IMG/VR virus record: IMGVR_UViG_3300027833_000011 | From: a virus | Lineage: Duplodnaviria > Caudoviricetes | Length of the DNA: 64,000 nucleotides | Reading direction: 5' to 3' (one strand) | Program-made: the position numbers and the translations under genes | Notes under the pieces: model-generated | What the model was told of the DNA's origin: nothing | Databases searched by the model: none | The model's input: the letters and a program-made list of their open reading frames with translations, nothing else | Shown: in pieces, positions 28,501 to 36,165 of the stretch | Position numbering within the stretch: position 1 is the stretch's first letter | How the letters are laid out: every line of letters begins with the position of its first letter

Positions 28501-28864
28501 TGAAACAACTTATTGTGTTAATTTTGATTGGTTAGGTTCACAAGTAATCCCTCAATCGTCAGGAAAGGCATATGCTGATAGTACAACAGTTAGTCAAATA
28601 ACTGAATTCTATTTATATGATGTTGGTTGTGGAAATGGTGATTTTGATGCGTTAGCAAACGTATTAACTACGGGTTATGGTCTTGCGGTTAGTAGGGCTG
28701 GTTCGACGGCTAATTTTACTCTTAATTCATTAACAGAAAATAGTTATAATAATTATTGGACTTTAGGTGTTACGTATAACTCAGGAACAGTAACACAGGC
28801 ACCTAATGGATTACCATGTCACCAACCGAATAGTTTCTGTTTTACACAACCGATACTGAGTTAA
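22538..28864 (+). CDS. Giant modular baseplate/fibre protein (2108 aa) with YG repeat, Hint-like region, Cys-rich modules and mucin-like stalk
   Basis: FKSKGTR..LRFLL.FIG..EINEY baseplate-type motif in the N-terminal part; repeats read directly from the translation. Confidence 0.7.
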   Translation: MANIRFPSNGSGTFSDGLVGGQNTEGNDFTQKNFSEEGTPVVRDTKSFTTSDFSKPISLEDLNSEESIKEVSKLFDQSLKIKFNTEKGSKDLFGSAFLRAKVAVENIANTFPASLRVFKTTTDAQTVDTAYDVVNNLQFNTTTFKIPLRAIRNPLGIEYSNIGLKVFDGQYDTDRNFAKEFTKYVLLFSGVEYKIKKVLLPENRYNGELSITVHGKPFTGPTQEEFYIKLNDILFEKKFELMDDFEQLLLDRENVPLYEAKFKVPKETSDGKLYFGDEKIKWELSDDFNIVVEGNKFERYLEKLFETCEVIDNYKSNLIARFLSTASLQEFDTEGQKVKKIFQLYGRFFDDVKKFIDNIAYMNNVTYDKINNVPDLLLKNLAGLLGLDVITSITDRNIEEYLYKKKDSQFDGLTKGKTPFETDIEIYRRIILNSAYLFKSKGTRKPLRFLLSFIGAPESFVEINEYVYKVINRIDYDKFSEKLDNVIDGEWFESDVDFKTIKVWSEIKEEWLDKSDFQKKYPNVEIDVLGYLENGQLPDGENHGDAYILDKELISVEVQKSGGVYNVDDYPIERVGTSDNSIPKTPTITNDYFFQKGAGWFERTDSHKSVSVLDEERSDLTTSPKTIKTKFEDFTYGEKFYDRYKNFPNFDDGWELKADIDNKKSDSDTNKFILNRKNVDIFLNPGRAVLFDFVRTYQKHSLSYSGVLLNNLTFAQFSEYGFWNGVEVGKGKYGKKYWDLIELFKEYYESGLGKAYDYDLTYAYLNKISTYWIRLVEQFIPATTLWFTGEKVENHNLHRPKFNWEEPCRNDVMSLDLSLAKTLYETLIDSLKKYKNIPDCYERLYRYGNWYLQVKINDKIYQIGGKDWTHFFTSTESDNMGSCNLDNAQPGNPNTCPQYDNPIYMLCDFETYITCYPDECKDFVTTIVQMLSQISKDIYRDEIADKVSDCDFLCDGDDGLTYVADTVFGSTIKTTSSEVEGLSAFEIEGFKDGEFCYDCHNEIKLITNSYCGECFDIDSLEIGMKVIINEGEGQDDCKDRCFVLENIPFSIDQSQFGGVHYDVNYPDHHIDSLDPRGTVFLTEKFEVVKCVDYDKVYHGTYQYVGGLDTIDRFPVYKHITEDIYLSCYPDAPESVNGDFMFTEGPKGSSTQIYGKLSDKNLLDFTNVFTHSLEWEIDDCITVDDLEEDQNVIRHRYATGDSIGICDRVNDDGFDYVKIWLHGGTFEAQDGTTLPYDMFFDCKESLVEGETIWYDEAGDVFIVKIKSGENRLIHAYDQSGAPIHIYLKDRNTVLVGLDFETDLETIDEYGGYGQYGGYGQYGGYGGYGDYTSYGGYGQYGGYGGYGGYFCYGNEYLFYSNINPYCVGRLDYEIRPECQGYLTDTEFYRVKGETIPYEITIDEVIVGENVETVRVQDINVGDLIIAASPNYGEMDFCDYSEFQYGNEGIVCNYTKNIKMVPVMSTSCGRIYKYININEGRVKVEFHHNILVLEDLNKTNSNDLLTTCYTEAPTKPIGTIYNLDGTPSQVFYDNEYQIISKPANEIGIGDYIITTNECGVIEVKSLVYDDYCDENLFNDKYQIKFDEDMFAWYRPKDGYDTIYINDKCVPYCELICCDEIEMCIDDITISGVCIDDISYVIGDIPTTTTTTTTDLQCLCITFTHMSGGGPAFTGYYDDCDGIQREIMVLDAQTKRVCGSGLNISTNHDKLFYTIGEECDTDRKCPTVDETTTTSTTKEPTTTTSTTKEPTTTTSTTKEPTTTTSTTEEPTTTTSTTKEPTTTTSTTEEPTTTTSTTKEPTTTTSTTKEPTTTTSTTKEPTTTTSTTEEPTTTTSTTEEPTTTTSTTKEPTTTTSTTKEPTTTTSTTEGDLMCVCIEFTHISSGGSSYIGYYDDCDGIPREVVVRPLDSEKVCGSGLNISTNNGKLTYTIGEECDENRKCPTVDETTTTSFREPDDPTTTTSTTEEPTTTTSTTMGGDGSGPITTTTTSGNNETTYCVNFDWLGSQVIPQSSGKAYADSTTVSQITEFYLYDVGCGNGDFDALANVLTTGYGLAVSRAGSTANFTLNSLTENSYNNYWTLGVTYNSGTVTQAPNGLPCHQPNSFCFTQPILS
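26459..26578 (+). repeat. Tyr-Gly (YGG/YGQ) coding repeat
   Basis: YGGYGQYGGYGQYGGYGGYGDYTSYGGYGQYGGYGGYGGY. Confidence 0.95.
27716..28132 (+). repeat. 30-nt coding tandem repeat TTTTSTT[K/E]EP, 13 full units plus 1 partial
   Basis: Counted from the translation; synonymous codons vary between units. Confidence 0.97.
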
Positions 28865-28929
28865 ACAAAAAAAATGGGATAATTAGTAAAAGATTAAAAA
28901 AAATAAATGTATTTATATAATAAAAGAAA

Positions 28930-29844
28930 ATGGGAAATATTAATAACGATAGTAATAGGGTAGCAACGGACACACCAGATACGACGACAACCACTACTAC
29001 AGGTGGGGTTTCGGTTACATTTAGTAGTCTTAGTAATGGGCCGTGTAATTTAACGTTTACGCCCGATTGTGGTGGAACACCAGCACAAAACCAAAATCAA
29101 AGATTAGCGACGGATACACCTGATGCGACTACCACGACCACACAACCTGGTGAGGTCACAATACCAGGTATTAATTTCCCTTATACTTTTTACCCTTTAG
29201 AACATGGAGTTGATGATATTTTTGGGACTTATACGTTTAATTGTGGTGGTTGTGAATATATAAGGAACATAGAGAGAGTGTGTAACGATAATGATATATC
29301 ATATACAGTATTAGGTTCTTCTATTACCACAACAACAACTGAAGATGTAACAACTACGACCACTACTGAAGACGTAACTACGACCACTACGACAGAGGAC
29401 GTAACAACGACCACTACGACAGAGGACGTAACAACGACAACTACGACAGAGGATGTAACAACGACAACGACAAGTGAAATACCGACTACTCGTTTCTATA
29501 TTTCAACTGGAAAACAAGTTCCTGGAGTGTTTGATGAAGGAACAAATACGGGTACCGGTTTCTGTGACAATACATATTTATTATCTGGGGCTCTTTGGGT
29601 GGAAGGTAATTTAACAATAATTTCACAGTTACTTACTAAAACAGTATACACCAATAGTGATATGGATACTTTCATACCTGTCGGATGGTATTATGTAAAT
29701 GAACAACCAGGTTATCCTAATGGTACATATGCTGGCGCAGTACCAGGTTTGTCACACAAAATTATAAGGGTAGATGAAGACGGTATTGTTGGAACTATTC
29801 AGAATCATGACTGTGGAGAACAAGGAGGAGGACAAGAACTTTAA
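28930..29844 (+). CDS. Mucin-like Thr-rich protein A (putative virion decoration)
   Basis: Five EDVT5-6 units; N-terminal module shared with the next gene; upstream TATTTAT. Confidence 0.75.
   Translation: MGNINNDSNRVATDTPDTTTTTTTGGVSVTFSSLSNGPCNLTFTPDCGGTPAQNQNQRLATDTPDATTTTTQPGEVTIPGINFPYTFYPLEHGVDDIFGTYTFNCGGCEYIRNIERVCNDNDISYTVLGSSITTTTTEDVTTTTTTEDVTTTTTTEDVTTTTTTEDVTTTTTTEDVTTTTTSEIPTTRFYISTGKQVPGVFDEGTNTGTGFCDNTYLLSGALWVEGNLTIISQLLTKTVYTNSDMDTFIPVGWYYVNEQPGYPNGTYAGAVPGLSHKIIRVDEDGIVGTIQNHDCGEQGGGQEL
29341..29475 (+). repeat. 27-nt coding repeat EDVTTTTTT x5
   Basis: Read directly from sequence. Confidence 0.95.
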
Positions 29845-29864
29845 AAATATAAAAAATACAAGAT

Positions 29865-31133
29865 ATGTCTAATATAAACGAAAAAGAAAATAATGACGGT
29901 AGTATCAATACTACTGCAGTTGATAGTAATGGTAATGGTGATTTAGTTGCTACTGATACTACCACAGTACAACCGTCAACTCAAACGGTTAGGTTTGAAC
30001 GAATAAGTAATGGTACTTGTGACTTAACATTTACCCCAACTCCGACAACGACAACGTCTACGACTAATAATACGTCTAAGGTTGCTACGGATACGACTGA
30101 TACGACAACTACACAACCTAACAATGTTAGTATTACCAACGTGTCTTTTCCTTATGTTTTTGACCCTTCAGAATATGGGTTTAATAGTGTAAATGGGACG
30201 TATACGTTTGATTGTTGTGGATGTCCTTATGTGTTTGTTATTGATGGTGAAGATGTAACAACTACAACCACTACTAAAGACGTAACAACTACAACCACTA
30301 CTAAAGACGTAACAACTACAACCACTACTGAAGACGTAACTACGACCACTACGACAGAGGACGTAACAACAACAACCACTACTGAAGTGTGTGATATTTG
30401 TACTACGGTAAGGGTTCGTAAAGCAAATGTAAAAGCACTTACTCCTGTTACTTTCAATTATATAGATTGTGATAATGTAAGTCAGACTGCTACACTTACA
30501 AGGTTAGCATCTACCGTAGATTTATGTGTGTGTTCAGGTAGTATACCAAGTAGTGATGATTATAGTATTGAGTTTATCGAGATATGTACAACAGGATTAC
30601 CGGTATTAACATGTGACTTATTAGGATTCACAGTTAATAATGGTGAGAGTGGTGATTTAGTTACCTTTAACAATGGAAGCGGATTATCAATACCGGTTTC
30701 AGTGTTCCCTACTCAATATGTTATGGGTGTAGGAACCTATACTCTTACTGTTACAGTACCGAGTGGTTATTCCAATGAGGGTGCTACTTTAGAATGTGTT
30801 AATGACGAAGTTATTGTGACTTCAAGTGGTGGTGATACTACGACAACATCGACAGGTTCAAGCGAAGCGTTTTGTGCTAAGATAACATATGGACCTGACA
30901 GTCCCGATAAACTACAAACGTCACTTGGTGGTGAGATACATGAATTTCTAATCTCGCAGCAGCTAGTATTTCTAGATTCAGACGGTGGTGGATACTTTAA
31001 CAAATGTACTGACACGGGGACGTTCTTAGTGGTAGAAGGGAATAGTCCAAGAGTTATTTCGGAGATTGATGATATTGATGTTACGTATAACACTGAGGAT
31101 AGGTGTGTTGGTGAGCAAGATTGTACTAGATAA
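29865..31133 (+). CDS. Mucin-like Thr-rich protein B (paralogue of A)
   Basis: Shared ATDT...SNGxCxLTFTP...FPY.F.P...GTYTFxCxGCxY module, five [E/K]DVT6 units and a Cys-rich module. Confidence 0.75.
   Translation: MSNINEKENNDGSINTTAVDSNGNGDLVATDTTTVQPSTQTVRFERISNGTCDLTFTPTPTTTTSTTNNTSKVATDTTDTTTTQPNNVSITNVSFPYVFDPSEYGFNSVNGTYTFDCCGCPYVFVIDGEDVTTTTTTKDVTTTTTTKDVTTTTTTEDVTTTTTTEDVTTTTTTEVCDICTTVRVRKANVKALTPVTFNYIDCDNVSQTATLTRLASTVDLCVCSGSIPSSDDYSIEFIEICTTGLPVLTCDLLGFTVNNGESGDLVTFNNGSGLSIPVSVFPTQYVMGVGTYTLTVTVPSGYSNEGATLECVNDEVIVTSSGGDTTTTSTGSSEAFCAKITYGPDSPDKLQTSLGGEIHEFLISQQLVFLDSDGGGYFNKCTDTGTFLVVEGNSPRVISEIDDIDVTYNTEDRCVGEQDCTR
30249..30383 (+). repeat. 27-nt coding repeat [E/K]DVTTTTTT x5
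   Basis: Read directly from sequence. Confidence 0.95.
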
Positions 31134-31161
31134 TAATTAAAATATAAATAAAAAATAATAT

Positions 31162-32094
31162 ATGGTGACCATATGTTCACAACCCGATAACATATATTTT
31201 CATTGGCAAAACCTAATACAATTCTATAACTTTAAAAAGTTAGGTATCTTAAAAAACCATAGGGCGGTATTCTTAGTTAGTCAAGGAAAATCTCCTTCTA
31301 AGTTTGTTTTAGAATTTAAAAAACAATATCCTAAAAACGTTTTCATATATATGGACGATAGGGTACAAAAACACTACATCCCAACAATTAAAATACACGG
31401 GGTTGTTAAGTACTTAACGACTGACAGAAAACAACAAGATTTAATGTTGATAGATTCGGACATTATTCTTAACGAAAAAATCGATTATAGTAAATTCACT
31501 GAAAATAATACGGTATATTGTAGTAATACAAAAGGGTATTTAGGTTATCAATATCTAAAGACTAAGGGGGATGAAATCGTTACAGATATGTGTCACTTTA
31601 TGGGTATTACATTGGACGATGTAAAAGACCAAAATAATAATTCAGGTGGTGCTCAATTATATTATAAAGGAGTTGATGGGTTATTAGAGTATTTTAAAGA
31701 GGTTGAGGACAAAGCGCCTAAATTATATAATTTGATGGTTAAACATCCAACGTATAACGATTATAAACCAACAATACAGGCTTGGACATCAGAGATGTGG
31801 GCGGTGTTATGGTTACTGTGGAAACGAGACGTTAAAACTGAAATACATTCCGAATTAGATTTCAGATGGGCCACTGATGATATTTCTTTATGGAAGACAA
31901 ATAAGATACTACATATGGCTGGTGTAACCGCAGGTATGAAAGACGTTTTCTTTAAGGGTGGTTTTATCACAAAACCCCCATTTAACACCAATTTTGATTA
32001 TATTAGAGAGAATTCTATCACTAATATCTATATAGAAGAAATGGAAGGATTAAAGAAAGACCAATCTTTCAAAAACTTAATAGAACTCCTTTAA
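31162..32094 (+). CDS. Peptidyl O-glycosyltransferase, plant SGT1 (GT96)/HPAT (GT95)-like
   Basis: YFHWQ, YIPTIKIHGVVKYL, LIDSDII, GYL, SGG and WTSEMW occur in the same order as recalled SGT1 motifs YFDWQ, YPAINKP.GV..WL, ILDADMI, GYL, VGG and WISEMY. Confidence 0.72.
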   Translation: MVTICSQPDNIYFHWQNLIQFYNFKKLGILKNHRAVFLVSQGKSPSKFVLEFKKQYPKNVFIYMDDRVQKHYIPTIKIHGVVKYLTTDRKQQDLMLIDSDIILNEKIDYSKFTENNTVYCSNTKGYLGYQYLKTKGDEIVTDMCHFMGITLDDVKDQNNNSGGAQLYYKGVDGLLEYFKEVEDKAPKLYNLMVKHPTYNDYKPTIQAWTSEMWAVLWLLWKRDVKTEIHSELDFRWATDDISLWKTNKILHMAGVTAGMKDVFFKGGFITKPPFNTNFDYIRENSITNIYIEEMEGLKKDQSFKNLIELL

Positions 32095-32146
32095 TTTTTA
32101 TTCACTTTATTTTTTAATTTAATACTTTTACGTATATAATAGAGCG

Positions 32147-33178
32147 ATGCGAAGACGTAAAAGTAAAATATTTGATATATACATAACCACAGGTGCTGGT
32201 AATACAGTCGGTGGTGGTTCTGATGTGTGGGTAAATAATTGGTTAAAATTAGTTCCTAAACACTTAGAAATTAAACCAATCTTACTTATTGATAATTATA
32301 GGTTTCAAGGGTTTGAAGAAGATTCCATTCCTATTGAACACATTTTCTATAACGAAAGACCTGATGAATCTAAAAGATTACTACAGGAATGTCGACACAT
32401 TCACTTTTTACATAATCATTACACTAAAAGACCTCACCTATGGAAGTATAGGTTTAAGTTTAAAAGTATTGCGGTTCACGCATACGCCAGAGAGATAGTT
32501 GATTCTTATAAGGAGCTAGGGTTCTCAAGAGATTCAGTCCCTTTTTTATGGAATGTCGAATGGCAAGACGAATTAATCCGTGAGTGTGAAACTAAGTATT
32601 GGGTTGGTTCACAAAAGGGTTTGGTTAATGATATTTTTAACGACTGTATAACAATCCCAAATTATTATGAGTTTATATGGAATAAGGAATATTTTCATAG
32701 TAATGTGGTTGGGTTTGCTGCAAGGGCAGAAACAAGAAAGGCTATTCATTTTTTAGAGAATGTTAGGTCTAATGCTTTTACTTCAAGTAATGGGGTTAAG
32801 ATATGGGAGAAAAATACTAAAATGAAGTTCAACAATACTAAAATCATTGAGTATAATCCAATCTTAACGGATGAATACTACACGAGTAGTCTATTCGGTA
32901 TATTCCATGGTGCTTACGTTAAAGAACCATTTGGGTATTCGATTCTCCAAGCCGTTGATGCTGGTAAATTACCTATAATAGCTAAAGGGTGGTGTCCTGA
33001 GTTTAACTATCCGTATCGAGCGTCGAGTAAAGAAGAGTTTGAAGACATGGTTAAGATAATCCAAAACACAAATAAAGAAACAAGAGAAAACATCTTTAAC
33101 TCGGCTAAATCGTTTTTAAAGAAATTTGATAATAAAGACCATTGGGTTGAAAGAATGAAAACAATATATAATGAATAG
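32147..33178 (+). CDS. GT-B fold glycosyltransferase, GT4-like
   Basis: GGG...W loop, FAAR...RK and KEPFGYSILQA (Ex7E motif with Q). Confidence 0.75.
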   Translation: MRRRKSKIFDIYITTGAGNTVGGGSDVWVNNWLKLVPKHLEIKPILLIDNYRFQGFEEDSIPIEHIFYNERPDESKRLLQECRHIHFLHNHYTKRPHLWKYRFKFKSIAVHAYAREIVDSYKELGFSRDSVPFLWNVEWQDELIRECETKYWVGSQKGLVNDIFNDCITIPNYYEFIWNKEYFHSNVVGFAARAETRKAIHFLENVRSNAFTSSNGVKIWEKNTKMKFNNTKIIEYNPILTDEYYTSSLFGIFHGAYVKEPFGYSILQAVDAGKLPIIAKGWCPEFNYPYRASSKEEFEDMVKIIQNTNKETRENIFNSAKSFLKKFDNKDHWVERMKTIYNE

Positions 33179-34124
33179 AAAATTAATAGTTTCACGAATG
33201 TGGACAAAACGAGGTATACAACAATACTTCTCATTACTCCAACTATCTAAAGAATTTTGGGACTTTGAAATAGAGGCTCATATTTTAATAGATGATTGGA
33301 CACATGAGGACGATTGGACTTTTGAAATTGAAAAACTTAATAATCCACATAGAGAAGGGTTTCCAATGACTGTGGAGTTTTACACCAAAGAAGAGTTAAA
33401 ACAATGGTATCATAGTAATAATATTATAGACAAGAGTGTGTTTGATAACATGAAAGGGTTTTTACACATTTATCATCTTCTATTGTATTTTTATTTATAT
33501 ATTGAAAAAGGTATTGATTACTTAGTGTCTTATGATGATGATATTGTGTTTAATAAAAAAGTTAGTCCTGAGTTAAATGAAATCGATGGTTTAATCGCTA
33601 ATAAAACACCATTTGTTATTGACGAAGAGTACTTTCCTATGTCCGACAAAAGTATGTTTGTTGGGTTATCTAATTATTTTAACCGTGATTTAACACCCGA
33701 TTATTATAGAAATAACATTAGGGGTGTTGGGGCTAATGCTGGTTTTATGGGTATAGAAACCTCATCAATATTTAGTTCTTTTAAAGACAATTTTATGGGT
33801 TTGATATCCTTATTTGACTTCAAATCACCAAATTTAAAATCGATTGATGAACCTTACCATTATACCGATAAGGTTTTATTTGATACTCAAGAACAAAGTT
33901 TTATGAGTATTATGTTACACTGTTTCGCGACAAAAGAATTATTTAGGTTAGGTGGGGCATTAGGGTATTTCTTTGACACCCCAATACAAGAAGCAGTAAA
34001 TAAGTCTAAGTTAATACATTTTACAGGAGACAGAAAATACGACCCACAATTTCCAAAGATTATTGTAGATTTTCTAAAGAAACATGGTCATAACAATATC
34101 ACACCAGATTGGTTTTATTATTAA
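33171..34124 (+). CDS. GT-A fold glycosyltransferase, GT8-like
   Basis: YDDDI (DxD), NAGFM, EQS and HFTG..K motifs. Confidence 0.65.
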   Translation: MNRKLIVSRMWTKRGIQQYFSLLQLSKEFWDFEIEAHILIDDWTHEDDWTFEIEKLNNPHREGFPMTVEFYTKEELKQWYHSNNIIDKSVFDNMKGFLHIYHLLLYFYLYIEKGIDYLVSYDDDIVFNKKVSPELNEIDGLIANKTPFVIDEEYFPMSDKSMFVGLSNYFNRDLTPDYYRNNIRGVGANAGFMGIETSSIFSSFKDNFMGLISLFDFKSPNLKSIDEPYHYTDKVLFDTQEQSFMSIMLHCFATKELFRLGGALGYFFDTPIQEAVNKSKLIHFTGDRKYDPQFPKIIVDFLKKHGHNNITPDWFYY

Positions 34125-34130
34125 ATAATT

Positions 34131-35240
34131 ATGTTGGAACCGTTATACAATAAAGAAATATTAGAAGAAGGTATTATTGAAGCTTTAAGACACATTGATG
34201 CTTTTGATGATATTGAAAAGGCGAAAGAATGTCTAAGAACGGCACTATCACCAAATGAAAAATGGGCGATTAATTTACTAAACTCGAGTGTTAGTGATAA
34301 TATGAAATTCCACACAATGAATGGGTATAATTTACCGTTTTTTGAGAATGATAGTAATATACCAAAAAGAGCTAAAAACGCTAGATTATGTGTCGTATAT
34401 CAAGTATGGGGTAATCATAACTATTTAAAGTTTTTATACTTATCAATTTTATCACAATTGGTGTATACGGATATTTTAGATTTTGATGTTAAAATATTTT
34501 TAGGTAAAGGATTTGTTAACGATGTAGGTGCATCATTAATCGACCGATTATTACCTGAAGGGTCTATTATACCTGTTAATGATGGGTTATCTTTAAAATA
34601 TGGTTTAACTTCCCATCCGCATTTACAGAACTATGATGTGGTTTCGGTTGTTGATACAGACGCATTTTGGTTTCACCCTAAAGGTGTGAAAACTAATGTA
34701 TACCAACAAATGTTAGATTTGTATGACTCAGGTTTTGATAGTCTTATTATGGCGCCAGACCCTGACTTAGCAAGTTCAGTATTTTGGCAAAGAAGAGATA
34801 CGTTAAACACCAACATACCTGCTGAACATTATAAAAGTTATTTCTACAGAAATGCGAATACGGATGAAAAAAAACTTACTGAATTTGTGGACCATGATAA
34901 GAATTGGTTTCTATCGTGTCTATTTGTATATGGTAAAAATCATTTTAAAGAACCAGGATATGGTAAATACGCCTTGACCTGTTTATACGATGAATTACTT
35001 TGTGATGAAACAGTTTGGATGATGTGGGGTATGGGTCACGATTACGAAATTGAGAATATGGATAATACAGGATTTTTACGATGGGTTGGTGCGAATGATT
35101 TCGATAGGTATTGGAGTAATGAGAAAAACATAGAAGATGTTTTATCTTATATTCATCCTGTACAGGGGGACCATTGTTATAATATGAATCTAATTAAGTT
35201 ATATGATAAAATAGTAGAAGATTATAAATTAAGTAGATAA
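34131..35240 (+). CDS. Putative GT-A fold glycosyltransferase
   Basis: VVSVVDTDAF DxD after a beta strand, late CDE and IH motifs; lies in the GT cluster. Confidence 0.5.
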   Translation: MLEPLYNKEILEEGIIEALRHIDAFDDIEKAKECLRTALSPNEKWAINLLNSSVSDNMKFHTMNGYNLPFFENDSNIPKRAKNARLCVVYQVWGNHNYLKFLYLSILSQLVYTDILDFDVKIFLGKGFVNDVGASLIDRLLPEGSIIPVNDGLSLKYGLTSHPHLQNYDVVSVVDTDAFWFHPKGVKTNVYQQMLDLYDSGFDSLIMAPDPDLASSVFWQRRDTLNTNIPAEHYKSYFYRNANTDEKKLTEFVDHDKNWFLSCLFVYGKNHFKEPGYGKYALTCLYDELLCDETVWMMWGMGHDYEIENMDNTGFLRWVGANDFDRYWSNEKNIEDVLSYIHPVQGDHCYNMNLIKLYDKIVEDYKLSR

Positions 35241-36163
35241 TGAAAAGACCCGATTATAGTGTGATGTATGTTTTACACGTCATGCCAGAAGAAATACAAG
35301 ACGTTGGTAGAATAATAAAAGACTTTGAAATATCGACAAAAGAAAACTCAAATGTGGGTGTTACTTTATATATTGATTTGAATTTTTCAGATGTCTATTA
35401 TGATTGGTCAAATTCTAAAATGACTAAAGAAACTTTTTATCATTTATTTCAAAACTTCTTAATACATTCTCGAAAAAATTTAAATATAATACACAATGTA
35501 AGAGATACGGGGCATTGGGGGGTTAATTCAACTAGAAGAAACGTGATTAACGAATACAAAGATACGTTTGATTATATCGGTTTTATTGATTGTGACATAT
35601 TTTTTGACCCAGCGGCTATTCAGTATGTGTATAAAACATTAGAAAAAGAACCGGGGGAATTTATCGTATTTTCTGGTTTATTACCTAAGATGTGGAACGA
35701 ACACTTTGATGAACTCACACATAAAAAATTTAAGAATGTGACTGATAGGTCATTTCCTTTTAAGGTTAATCCTTTGAGTGTTTATGGGTTCCACCAAACA
35801 CAGAGAAATGAGGTGGGATATACTTCTGATATTATGGTTGGTGGTGGATGGTTTAACGTTTTTTCTACAACGATTTTCGATTACGTAACCATACCGACAG
35901 AATTAGGGGTTTATGGTATTGATGACCATTGGATTCAAGAATGTTGTCGTTTCCTTAATAAATCAGGATGGGACATTAAACAATGTTATAATAATAAGTT
36001 TTTAGTACTAGAGAACCACGGTCGTAAATTTAACCTACCTGAACCTTTTATTATTAAAAAAATGGTTAACGGTGGTAAATTTGAGTACGAAAAAAACGCA
36101 AAACAAAATTACGAAAGTTTATTCAACGAATATAAGAAAAGTATAATCAGTAAGTATTTCTAA
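35240..36163 (+). CDS. GT2/GT7-like glycosyltransferase
   Basis: RRN..., FIDCDIFF, GGG and YGIDD motifs. Confidence 0.65.
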   Translation: MKRPDYSVMYVLHVMPEEIQDVGRIIKDFEISTKENSNVGVTLYIDLNFSDVYYDWSNSKMTKETFYHLFQNFLIHSRKNLNIIHNVRDTGHWGVNSTRRNVINEYKDTFDYIGFIDCDIFFDPAAIQYVYKTLEKEPGEFIVFSGLLPKMWNEHFDELTHKKFKNVTDRSFPFKVNPLSVYGFHQTQRNEVGYTSDIMVGGGWFNVFSTTIFDYVTIPTELGVYGIDDHWIQECCRFLNKSGWDIKQCYNNKFLVLENHGRKFNLPEPFIIKKMVNGGKFEYEKNAKQNYESLFNEYKKSIISKYF

Positions 36164-36165
36164 CT

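Noticed and set aside
27716-30383. Tandem repeats as a possible CRISPR array
   Set aside because: No unique spacers; units are contiguous, in frame and degenerate at third codon positions.
29229-30457. Minus-strand poly-Val ORFs over the Thr repeats (also 28198..28446) and the alternate-frame QQLLV ORF 27648..28139
   Set aside because: They are shadows of ACN-rich repeats that lack stops in other frames; no promoter or independent signal.
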